In this document: positions 1 to 10,767 of the stretch, piece by piece
How positions within the stretch are numbered: the first letter of the stretch is position 1
Layout: each line of letters begins with the position of its first letter
NCBI RefSeq assembly: GCF_040938485.1
Contig: NW_027271056.1
Span: 2,356,001-2,420,000, forward strand
Direction of reading: 5' to 3'
Origin: Diadema antillarum
Taxonomy: Eukaryota
DNA length: 64,000 nucleotides
Program-made: the position numbers and the translations under genes
The notes under the pieces: generated by a model
The model's input: the letters and a program-made list of their open reading frames with translations, nothing else
Told to the model about the DNA's origin: nothing
Database searches by the model: none

Positions 1-664
1 GCAAGGACTGTGGTGGGTTGGAGACGGAAACACGTCAAGGTTGATATTTGCATCATCGCACTGAATTCACATTCATGTCCATGTGTGAGCTTTGTGGAAA
101 AACCCTACAATCTTTTCTCACGTTGGGGACTGTCGGAAGTCAGAGGTACACCTAATACGCTAGAATTGAAGCAAGCAGCAACCAATTCAAATGGTCAATA
201 GAGGACTACAATGGAGATGGGGCAGTGCAAAAATTAAAGGGAATGAACATACAGAGTCTGATATACTATTATTTAACTTGAAATGCTACAAGCTACAGGA
301 CACTGGCAGGACGAATGCTTAGACCTAACATACTTGCGAGAATCTTAAAATCAAGGAATGCTGGCAACAACACAAGAAGGAGGGAGTATGTCTTTGCACG
401 ACTTCCAAACTTTTGACTATGACCACACTCTACACTGTTTCCCATGTTTCTCTTTGAAACTCCTACACAATATCAGATGTCCTGAACTCTTCAAAATTCC
501 TTTATGGCATTGGTGATGATGAAAATCACAGAAAACTTTTTGTGATGACACCATGTGGCAGAATCCCTTTCCTTCCTACACATTTAACTGTGTGACAAGA
601 AGAACACCTCCCTCATCATTAAGAGGAGTGTATCACTTCTCTCAATCTCATTATGGAGGCTTAC

Positions 665-829
665 CAACTACACCCGTGGTTCCATCACCGATCTCATCAT
701 CTTGGGACTTGGACAGCTGCACCAGAAGACGGGCAATCTGGTGATCGACATCCATTTTGTCCAGAATGGTGGCACCATCATTTGTCACAGTGACATCACC
801 ATCTGGACTGACTAGCATCTTGTCGAGTC
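665..829 (-). CDS. CCT5: CCT5 coding exon 3 ([55 protein letters not shown]); the gene continues beyond the left edge
   Basis: Group II chaperonin motifs TNDGATIL and GDGTT. TAG acceptor 832-830; GTAAG donor at 664; 165 nt. No further exon recognised in 1-664. Confidence 0.97.
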
Positions 830-1723
830 CTACAATGAAAGGAGACAAGAAATGGTATTCGTCACAACAAGTTTATGATTATATCAAACACTCAGTACTG
901 AAAATTATAAACTTTCGGAAGAATATTGGGCACTGCTTGCAACTTCATTATCTGCATGCGTTATCGACTGTTTAATACTTTAAAATGGGGTGCTACAGAT
1001 TGGGGGCAATTTTGAGCTCATATGACATACATTGTGGTTTATTCATCATCAGGGGAAATAAATTAATTTTCTCAGCTATCAACTCATACATCTTCAATTG
1101 TCATAAATGGCAGATACCATTCAAAACAATCTTAACATCCCCAAGCCAATGCTAAAGCAACTTTTCAATTCCACCTACAAAATGTAAAAACATTAGAAAG
1201 ACTATGTGACTTAAAAAAATACCAGAAATAACAAAATCAAAGAAAGATGACGAAATATGTTGGGCAATATCAAAATCCATAAACATGAAATCACTTTCAT
1301 GAACATCTTAAAAGCTTTGTGGTGTTTGGAAGCTGCTACAATGGTCAAACTTATTCATATACCGGTATATCTCGTCGTGAACTTTTGTAATTCTTCCAAT
1401 CAGTAACATACAGAAATTTAGATATATTCCAGCATAATGTTAACCCAAGGAAAAAATCAAAATCAACTTAAAACTAACAGGATTTCAATAGCAAAGTTAG
1501 GAATATGACAACTTTTTCTCTGTTTCTGTATGACTTTGATTCTGTTTTTAAATTTTCTTTTTAAGATGCATTACATGATCAGGGAGCAGAGAAAAGCTAT
1601 TTTCTATTTTCACTTTGGTCAACTCATGAACATATGGTTTGTAAGGTTAGGACAACAATCCCACTGTGGCTGGTATTATACTTTATATTTCACTTGTAAG
1701 ATTGCAATTTGTATCACACTTAC

Positions 1724-1784
1724 CATTGGGACCCAATGATGTTCTCAATGTGTTTGCAACTGTTTTTGCAGCCAGAATGTGAGA
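1724..1784 (-). CDS. CCT5: CCT5 coding exon 2 (SHILAAKTVANTLRTSLGPN-G)
   Basis: Lies in ORF 1683..1916. Polypyrimidine tract plus CAG acceptor at 1787-1785; GTAAGT donor at 1723; 61 nt. Confidence 0.96.
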
Positions 1785-1819
1785 CTGTGGAAATAAAGGA
1801 AAACACAGAGAGGCAGTTA

Positions 1820-3660
1820 GAGTAAAACCCCTAATTTTCGGCCGGCCTTGAAAATCCGGACACTTATCACTTATCACAAGCCAGCAAATTCTACTGTAAC
1901 AACACACGCATATCACATCGTTTCACATACTGGCACACTCATTCACTGCAGGAAAGTGCCTGAGTCACCTCCAAAAATCCATCTAAAATCCCAAATTTTG
2001 CAACCAGAAACGCAGAATCACCGCAACTTTTCAAAAGCGCGAACAAATTAGGTTCCGTGTAAAGAATCAGAGTCGCAGAAAATGCGCTAAAAATTGAAAA
2101 ATTATGCCATTCTGTTGCGAGATTTTATCGCAGGCTCAGAGTGTGATGGTATCCTAAAAAAACACAAAAGAAAAACAAAATCTCCATACGTGCCGATGCA
2201 GCAAATAAATGTACAGGGGCTGAATGCAAGTGCAGAGTCACCAAAATTCGGACACGAACGGGTGCCGCAACGTCCCTGATTCAACCTTGCGCCAACAAGG
2301 TATGGCGTGCACTCATTTTCAGCGGCCTTGTAATATCATGTATTGACATTGCGCACGTGTCCGAATTCTGGAGAGGCTGTCTGAATTTTGGGGTATTGAC
2401 AAGGTGATAATATTTGGGGATTCTGCGAAATTGTATGATGTCTTTAACAAAATCAATATTGGGAAAAAGTAGGTTGATATATTTAACATACATTACTAAT
2501 ACTATAGATACAATTTTGTAGAGTACAGTATTCATCGCATAATCGGGCATCTGATAATCGGGATCCTCGCTTAAATGATATACGCTTCCCAGAAACATTT
2601 CAAACGCACGTTATTTTCACTGGATAATCGGGCGGGGACCTCTGATAAACGGGACAATTTTTCTTCAAGCGATCTTTGATTTTGTTAATATTTTACACAA
2701 AAAATCTACCAAAATACCACAACAATATTTCAAAGATTCCGTTTCAGTTGTCGTTTACAACAAACTTACAAAGCAAGCTTCGGATTGGTGTGTTTTGACC
2801 TCCGTCCATCCAGTACATGTACATGCATAGCCACGAAAGCGCCGTGTATAAGTATCCATGCCATTGCAAAGCACATGCCTTCGCAAACATTCTTCTCCCC
2901 TACATAAGCAAAGCCATGTGCTCGCTTGCAATTCCTACTCGACTCACATCCAATAAAAAACATGCCTCGCTCATACAGCCCAGGCTGTGTGCGTTGTTTA
3001 ATCTCAGTCATACACTCTGAGGGCAAAGTCCATTGTTATCGCGTGCCTTCGTATCTTGTTATCTACTGTCTTTGGTTTCAACTTTCAATACAGCTGTACA
3101 CTGTGATCTGTGTGTACGTCACAATCTTCCTCAGTTGTGACTGGGCAAAAGTTACGTGATTGAAATGGGCTATGAACAGTTACGTATTCAGTGAAATGGG
3201 GGAGAGAGTGGGAGGGAGAGCATGAAAGATGAGAAGGGTTCAATGTATGTGCGAATACGTAACGTTTTATGAATCTAGACTATGAGCTGACATTGATTAC
3301 GTTTACACGCGTGTTTGACAGAAGAATCGAACCCGGTTGCGATTACTCTACATCATTGCGAGAATGCAGGGAGAGCTGGAGGGTCGCGCCGAGGGGTAGC
3401 GTGTTGTGTATTCATGTACACTTGTATGTACAGTACGTCAGTATGCATGTGTGTGTGTGTGTGTGCACTACATGTACATGTCGTATGCCGTTAGTGTATG
3501 GTGAGTACTCATCGCGAAATCGGGCACCTCGCTTAAAGGGGCCGTGTTTGCTACTCCCAATCCGTCCCGATTATGCGATGAATACTGTATTAGACATCTA
3601 TTGGAGTTGAACAAATATTGCATAAAAAGCTTAAGTGTCCAAAAATTTGGGGTTTTACTT
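1820..3660. mobile_element. Old non-autonomous Tc1/mariner-type element (outer element of a nest) in CCT5 intron 1
   Basis: Imperfect 22-bp TIRs GAGTAAAACCCCTAATTTTCGG / rc AAGTAAAACCCCAAATTTTTGG (19/22), flanked by TA at 1818-1819 and 3661-3662. The related AATTCGGACAC motif recurs in inverted orientation near 2240 and 2357. Confidence 0.65.
2526..3587. mobile_element. Non-autonomous TcMar (Tigger/pogo-like) element nested in the previous one
   Basis: Perfect 22-bp TIR CAGTATTCATCGCATAATCGGG / CCCGATTATGCGATGAATACTG; TA on both sides; subterminal ATAATCGGG repeats; no transposase ORF. Confidence 0.9.
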
Positions 3661-4912
3661 TACACGTATGATAGCCGCCGCCATGCACCGCAATTCGCTC
3701 AAACCACTGTAAATTTATGCAGGAGAGGCATGTTTTTGTACACAACAGTCAAAATTGCATATGAGGTCAATTGTGTGTCTCAGTGTTTGTGTGTTGCATG
3801 TGGAGGCTGCCCATACACTACGGTTCGCACTCCCACCATTCATGAGCGATGATGTCATGTCTCACTCGGCGCACTGCACGCACCATGCCGTTTATCCCTA
3901 CCATAGCAGATGACGGCAAGCTAGTATCGGTTGGTGATCGGTTTGCTATCGCTTTCAACTATGAAAGGTTTTCCCTCATTCAATGAGGGAAGTCATTGGT
4001 CAGCTTGCTCTCCCACAATGCCTTTCAAAACAGACATCACTTTCTTCCATTCATAAGCTTTACGTTGATACCATGTACACCTCCATGGCTTATTGGAAAA
4101 CGACGTACATTTTCCGTATAATTTCGCCCTTTATTATGGAATTTTCCGGCAATCTGTGCCAGGAATGTGTCATCAAAGGAGTAGTTTTGGTCATATATGC
4201 AATGTTTTTTTAATCCTCTTGGTATCTTTTTGTGAAATCGCGAGCGATTTATCTGTGTTTTGATACTACTTTTAACATATGCGAGTATGTGCAATGTATA
4301 TGCGAGGATGTTTGAAGTGCATTCGTCAATGTTGAAAATGCTAAATTTCTGTAGCGAGCAACCTAGCCGATACTTCTGCGGTGCGCTGCGAGGCTGTGAG
4401 GATACATACAAACAGGTTACGAGAGCGGGATAGCATGCAGTGACTACACGCACTGTGCATGCTGGCGATGCACAGCTGCGAGCCACAATGCTCACAGTAC
4501 ACATGGCCAATGCAGCTGTGGCTCAGCCAATCAGCAACGAGGTAAGACCTAGAAAGCGCATAGCAGAGCGGAGAGAGCCCGAGAGAGAAGAGGCCAAGAT
4601 ATTTTTAGCTCTCTCTTTGCTGCGATCGCACAGCCGATAGTCCAGATATCAATATTCTGTAGGCAATCGGGAGTTGTGTGGTGGTGTGGCAGGCATTCTC
4701 GGTGAGTTCGGAGCGACATGAATTATGCATGTCGGGGATCTGCGCTTGCGCTGTGTTGACTGAGGTGCTGCTTAAACTGTGTACATGGCCTATGGCAGCC
4801 AAACCGTAGTGTATTGTACGGTAGTTTTTTACTTTGCATAATTGCAATGAGAGTTCTTTAGAAGAAAGTAAATTTAGAACATTTCTTGATTTCTACTGAA
4901 TGAGCCTACTAG

Positions 4913-4994
4913 TCATGAGGCTCTCCGGAGGCCTCGTGAGGCGGAGGAGTGCTCGTACGGGGTAGCAGGTCTCATGAGCAGGTTTCCCGGACTG
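4913..4994. mobile_element. Degenerate solo right arm of the CCTCATGAGG foldback family
   Basis: The last 24 nt, CTCATGAGCAGGTTTCCCGGACTG, match the 7926-7949 terminus with one mismatch; similarity continues ~80 bp inward. Confidence 0.75.
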
Positions 4995-6581
4995 AACTGT
5001 TAGAACTTAGATTAGGGTGTCGGATCATGCCCTTCTATCTTCGTACCATTTTATGCCCTATCTCACAACACGCAACTCCCATAGGACGCCGTGCAAAACG
5101 CGAGGTGCGCCGATTTTGGAAAGTGATTTTGAGCCGGATTTTGCCTTTATTGCATTTTCCACAGTCGATGCTGACATCAAATCCTCACAAATTTGGTATC
5201 ATATGAAAGAAGAAGTTTGTCTCCACATTGTATTATAGCACCGGTACATGAATCCTTCAATAAATTGGTGTAAATGTCGTTACAAACACGTTTATCCCCA
5301 TATCTCAGCGTCTGCTTCGGTACTTGCACCAGCGTGTAGCATGTGAGTAGTTTAGGATATGCTGAATCCAATGGTGTGGTTATTTTTTCGCTAGCTCCAC
5401 GTCTTCGACTGTGGATTTTGCCTTGAAAGCACCCCTTGCAATAATTTTTCGGCTGCAGCGAACGCTTTAGGCGTGGCTTCGTATGCAAGGATCCATGGTA
5501 ACTTTCGCGTATTGGGGCTCATCACATGCATATCTAAATTCAACACGCAACGCAGCCACATGGCATTCGCAGCGCGAAGCTGGATTGCGTGTGTGCATGC
5601 TGTGTGTATTATGTTGGATGTGTGTGTACCGTACTTATACATACGGCCCGCCGCGTCTGCCGCTCGCTGCACACCCAGCAAGCTAGCTAGGGCATCGCAG
5701 CAGCTGCAGGCATGCATGGCAGCTCTAACAGTTAGGCCGCCAGCAAAAGCCAGGGCAAGCCCTGTCAGTAACGTCAACCGGGCCGCTTGTGTTGCACACC
5801 GCGCTACCCCATTCGACAGCAATCAACGCACGATGTTTCATACACACCAACTCCACAATTTACAAAAGGATATTGATGCTAAATGCCATGTGCCTTCGTG
5901 TAGACTAGCTTTATACATCATGTATACAAACAACCACAGTCACAAACAAAACACTATTGATAACATTGACTCTCGCTTTTCTCAGACAGAGTATGTTGCA
6001 GTTATCACATGAGTAAACCAAGCAAACAAACAAGTTGTACGTAGAGCCACACAGCTGTAAATGATCGGCCTACGCGTGGAAGACACGATTGAACAGGAAA
6101 CTGTGAGTACGATCGAGTAGACCTATTAGCTACGAATACCGATATTTGTTACCGGTACTGAACTTCTAATCGAGGATATTTTCAAATGATTGCTTTAGCC
6201 TGTAGGCTCTTTTGTGATAAAATAATGCTTTTATGAATGGTGGTAATTTGGCATCACTTTCACGTGAGTGGCTGCTGGGCGATTACTAGTATAGTCCCTG
6301 TGCATTGATATGTGCTGTGCATGCAAGCTAGCTGCCTATTTAGCTACATGTACATAAATGTACTGATACTAGCGCACCGTGGCGAGGCTAGCTGCCGGAG
6401 GCAACACTGCGCGCGCTGTGGTTAAGGCATATGGGCACGGTCGGCTTGCGCATATACGGCATCCTCGCTCTGCAGCGCACATGCATGCTTTCGCGCTAGC
6501 TTTACCGCATGGGGTTGCATGCGTGGGTCTGCAATGTAAACAAGTGCGCCGTGTGTGGTATGTAAGGTTAGCGAGCACGTT

Positions 6582-6583
<2 letters not shown>

Positions 6584-6624
<41 letters not shown>
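6584..6624. repeat. (AC)n microsatellite
   Basis: Direct reading. Confidence 0.95.
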
Positions 6625-6628
<4 letters not shown>

Positions 6629-7512
6629 ATATACAATCATATCACCACATGCGGAGCGACGACATTGTGGGGAAGTGGATTCTGCGCTTGTTACGCTAGC
6701 GTTCATCCTAAGAAAATCAGATTTTCACCAAGCCATGAAATGAGATCAATTATCTGTAGTTGTTGATGTAACATACACATAAACAGTGTTAAAATCAGTT
6801 GATTTTTTCATTTTCTTGAAAAAATCTCGCATTTTAATAACTTTTCGCGTACAAGTAGCGGTGGCTTTGATTCGCCCATCGTCATATTCATAAGTAGAGA
6901 GCTCGCTTGCGCCGAGCCAGCGCGCGGCCGGCCTGCGTGGCGTCCGCGGGCAGTCGTAAATCACACAACACCTATAGTGACTCCGGTGGGAGCAACCGCA
7001 AAGCTCTCCATGGGCTGCGCGATCGGGAAGCCAATTTCACTGAAACAGGCATTGCAAGGTCCATTTCGTGTACCATTCTTACCACATGGGCTTACTTGGG
7101 GTCAATAAATCTTCCTTTCAAAAAATCACAAAAAACACTTCAATTTTGAAAAAAGTGAAGTTTTGACACTGCCATATTTTGCGCAATGTGGATTTCCCCA
7201 AATACACCAAGGTCACGACAAAAAAGTGCAAAATTTAGACTTAGCGTGCTGAACAGATCGTCCTCCTCGGGCTACCTTAGCGGTTGGTAGCAGACTCAAA
7301 CCAATGTACAGGAAGGCAAAAGTAGTTCAGGTTTGTGATTCGAACATGTTGTTTGACATAGGGCCGTATTACTTTTGAAAAGAATGATATCAATGCACCC
7401 CTGTCATAACTGCTACAGCTAGCGATCATCGCCGAGTGGGCTCAAGAGTTGAGCACTGCGTGTGTAGAAAACGATGTACTTGCGCAAGAGCGCCATTTAG
7501 GTAATGCTGAAT

Positions 7513-7949
7513 CAGTCCGCGAAACCCGCTCATGAGGACCGCTCCCGCGTACGAGGACTGCCTCGCCTCATGAGGACCGCCCCCACGCCTCATGAGGACC
7601 GCCCCCACGCCTCATGAGGCCCGGGGGGAACGCCTCATGAGGCCCCCCTATTCACTTCTATTCATCTCACATCTGACGTATAAATTGTCGCAACTTTGCA
7701 CGGTGATTTTTTGTTACACACACATGTCCACTATCCATGATGAAAAGAAGAAAAAAATCCTATCTGTTTTTTTTTTCAAAAATCGAGTTTTAATCAACCG
7801 ATGCAGAGCGCCCATTAAAACATGTGTGTTTTTTAGGGGGGCCTCATGAGGCGTTCCCCCCGGGCCTCATGAGGCATGGGGGCGGTCCTCATGAGGCGGG
7901 GCAGTCCTCGTACGCGGGAGCGGTCCTCATGAGCGGGTTTCCCGGACTG
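7513..7949. mobile_element. Foldback/MITE-like element with ~115-135 bp inverted arms made of CCTCATGAGG palindromes
   Basis: Arms 7513-7648 and 7836-7949 are near-perfect reverse complements around a ~187 bp AT-rich spacer. No clear TSD; superfamily not assignable. Confidence 0.8.
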
Positions 7950-8616
7950 GGATGACGAACACTAGTTACGCGTATTTTCTAACCGCTGCACGCTCATTAT
8001 CCGATCGCTTGAGATCCTCACGCAAATGCAATTTTCCGGGGTAATGATTTGGACACATTTTTGAGTGTGTTCGACAAAAAGAGTGGGTAATAAAATATTG
8101 CTGTGATTTGAAAGTTAAATTTCTCGAGATAGAAACATCATTTCGCCATGAAATTTGAAATGTGTTTTAATGATGTAATTCTCTTTCATATGAATTAGTT
8201 CTCAATTTTTCAGAGAATTTGAAAAGTTGCAAAAATGCTTCAGACATCCTTACTAAGAGTAAGATCAAGCCTGCACGGCTACGTCTGGCTTCAGTGCCTT
8301 CACGGAATTGGCGGAATCCATTCCAGCTCCGCTCCACCATGCATGTCCACGAAGGACAGCGGTAAAAGTAATGAAAAATGATTCTAAAAACACCTCTTGG
8401 ATTTTTCTCTCGTATAGTGAACTGCACACCCACCAATCAGTTTACACATCACGTAATTTACGGTTAGTGCCTAGTCTACATGGAAACGTTGAAGGCCTCC
8501 GCGCACTACTAACGTTAGTAAGTTTAATTTATGTAGTGCACACACGACACGCAATGTGAAGTACTTGGAGGAAATTGCATCAAATTCAGTATATGGGACT
8601 ACATCTCTTTACTTGC

Positions 8617-8721
8617 CTTTTGCGCTTCAATTCCCGTTAATCTTGACTTGGAATCCTGATCTTTGATTATGATGAATGGTCTACCATATTCATCGAATGC
8701 CAAAGATCCTAAAGAAGCCAT
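8617..8721 (-). CDS. CCT5: T-complex protein 1 subunit epsilon, coding exon 1 ([35 protein letters not shown])
   Basis: Manual translation gives the diagnostic CCT5 N-terminus [15 protein letters not shown] at 8721-8719; 105 nt; ends AAG|GCAAGT (GC donor, phase 0) and joins exon 2 in frame. Confidence 0.96.
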
Positions 8722-9244
8722 GATTTTTGCGTGCAATAAAATGCAAGAGCCAGTGAGTCGATGAAAATGGATTTTAGGGAGGTGTTCTTCACACCCTCAC
8801 GTGAATTTTTCCAGAATCCTCCACCACCCAAGTTTTTTTTTTTTCTTCTTTTATCTTTGATAGGGCCTTAGGCTCGCCGTAAATATCTAGCTCAAGAAAT
8901 TATTTTAATGTTTATCTTTTTATCAATATTAAGTTAAAATTAAATAAATCTAAAATTCAGTTTATTTATTTCAAAATTGAAATTACTCTTTTACAAGTGA
9001 TATAAAGATATATTTACTCATTAGTGAGAATTAGAACAGTAGGCGTAACCGGGGAAACACTGCATAACAACCATCGCGTAGCAGTACAGTGTAATCCTTC
9101 TGCTACAATATCGGCGTCCAGGGGTCCTGTAAAAGGGGAGGCTGCATTGATTTTTTGCAGTTTTTCTTTCCAAAAAGTAGGCTATTACCACATCGAAAGT
9201 GGTGTCTCCTTGCTCTAGCATCGCTCGTCAAGTAAGAGATTAAC
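8722..9244. promoter_or_regulatory. Bidirectional promoter region between CCT5 and the TEX49-like gene
   Basis: Divergent ATGs 523 bp apart. Contains an X-box-like GTAACCGGGGAAAC (9045-9058), E-box TCACGTGA (8797-8804) and a partial HSE TTCcaGAAtcCTC (8809-8821). Confidence 0.7.
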
Positions 9245-9509
9245 ATGTCTTTCTTTAATCTGACAGAGCTCGGGTACCAGTATCCGATACGGGCTCAGGT
9301 GAAGGAACCTAACCCTGTGTACACATACAATCTCTCCCATCGGATCCCCGAGGGTTCCTACGTGTCCTTCCGACCCGAGACGTCAAAGCTACCTCCAATC
9401 GACATGCACAAATATAACAATGTCATCGAGCCCGTCGATCACCCAGAACACCACGGTTCTTACGTCAAATACACTGAGAGGTTGCACAAGCACACGCGAT
9501 GTGCTAAAG
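9245..9509 (+). CDS. TEX49: TEX49/SPMIP11-like sperm microtubule inner protein, coding exon 1
   Basis: MSFFNLTELGYQ..SKLPPI..HHGSYVKYTERLHKH is colinear with the vertebrate TEX49 N-terminus as I recall it (MAFFNLYLLGYQ..RLPPI..HQNSHTRYQE). Ends AAAG|GTAAGT at 9510, phase 1. Confidence 0.85.
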
Positions 9510-9723
9510 GTAAGTTTTGCTCCTCTATTGGCTCTATAACTCAACAGAACTTCAGGTCCATGACCACGTAAATTGTAACCTGTTGTTAGTGTTCAACACT
9601 CACCTACAACAAGATCATGAAATTACAGTATGGTAAGGGTACCACATATCGGCAGGGTACCTTACAAATTTGTAACATCAGTACCCTGCGTATCATAACT
9701 AACTTAGCATATATACCCAGTCA

Positions 9724-9895
9724 TTGGGTGTCCGGACAGGTTGTGGGACCGGACGCGTACTGTAAAGTGCGTCTGGTTTGACAATGACGCGCCTACATAA
9801 ACACTTGTTTGTCAGTTAGGAGCTGCGCGTAAATGCGTATTCAAAGTAGAATAAGCAAGTCAGTACGCGAGAGTCTTAAGTGTCCGGACACCCAA
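9724..9895. mobile_element. 172-bp MITE-like element in TEX49 intron 1
   Basis: Perfect 15-bp inverted repeat TTGGGTGTCCGGACA / TGTCCGGACACCCAA plus an inner 9-bp inverted repeat CGCGTACTG / CAGTACGCG. Confidence 0.6.
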
Positions 9896-10767
9896 CCCCC
9901 CCATCCTAGAACGAAAAAGTAAGTACCGGTATGCATGGGATTAAATGCCATATAGATTTAAGCTAGATGTCTATAACAATAATAATAACAAAGAAACAAA
10001 AAAGAAAAACTCATAAACAAACTACAAAATTAAATATGGTTCAGTTACACATCCGCTTACGTTCTAGTAAATTGCGAACATGATGCATGTGAAATTCATG
10101 TGTATTTATTACCTATTGAGGGAAGGGATGCCGATGTCGAGGTACCCAAAGCTGCGCAAAGAAAATGCCTCAATTGCACTAAAATACAGAGATTATCAAC
10201 AGGATGGTCACAATATTTGAAACTGCAAATTTTATGGCATATTTGAAGCAAAACTTGGATGAATTTGTTTTATACTTTTGGAATAAACAAGTTGCAGATC
10301 CTTATGGTGGCGATAGGTGGTACCCTCAATCATACACACTAAAATTTGGAGCGAAGTGCAGAGAATACCATACCACACTGATGTGCACAACATCCCATGA
10401 TGCACACCCTACACTGAACAGTTGGACTGACCTTGCCTAGATTTTATTCTACATTTATAATTCAGCATGTAGTAAACTAGCGATTGTACAGGACGGTATA
10501 TACTGTAGCTTACAATAACATGCATGGTGTGATGGCTATTCTGCAGTTTTACCCAAGTATCATTTTCCTCTTTCTCTTTTTTATTTAACACTGATGAAGC
10601 AAAATTAGCATTTTGAAAACATAAACATAAAAAGTGATTTTCATTGTTTATAATTACAACTGCTGAACAGACAATCACTTCATCACCTGCAAAGTCTGAG
10701 TGTTTCTGAGTGTTCTATTTTCCCAGCTACCCACCGAGCACGTCTTCGAAATTTGCTTTCTCAACAG

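Noticed and set aside
473-619. C-box (ATGATGA) and D-box (CTGA) on the minus strand in CCT5 intron 3; possible intronic snoRNA
   Set aside because: No terminal stem, long for a C/D RNA, and no H box for an H/ACA reading; short motifs occur by chance.
3886-3925. Hairpin followed by CTAGT resembling a Helitron 3' end
   Set aside because: Stem only 6 bp with a 21-nt loop, wrong spacing to CTAG, and no 5' TC end identified.
5391-6706. Several 60-180 aa ORFs on both strands in CCT5 intron 1
   Set aside because: No recognisable domain; they overlap in all frames in GC-rich repeat-like DNA and a (CA)n tract.
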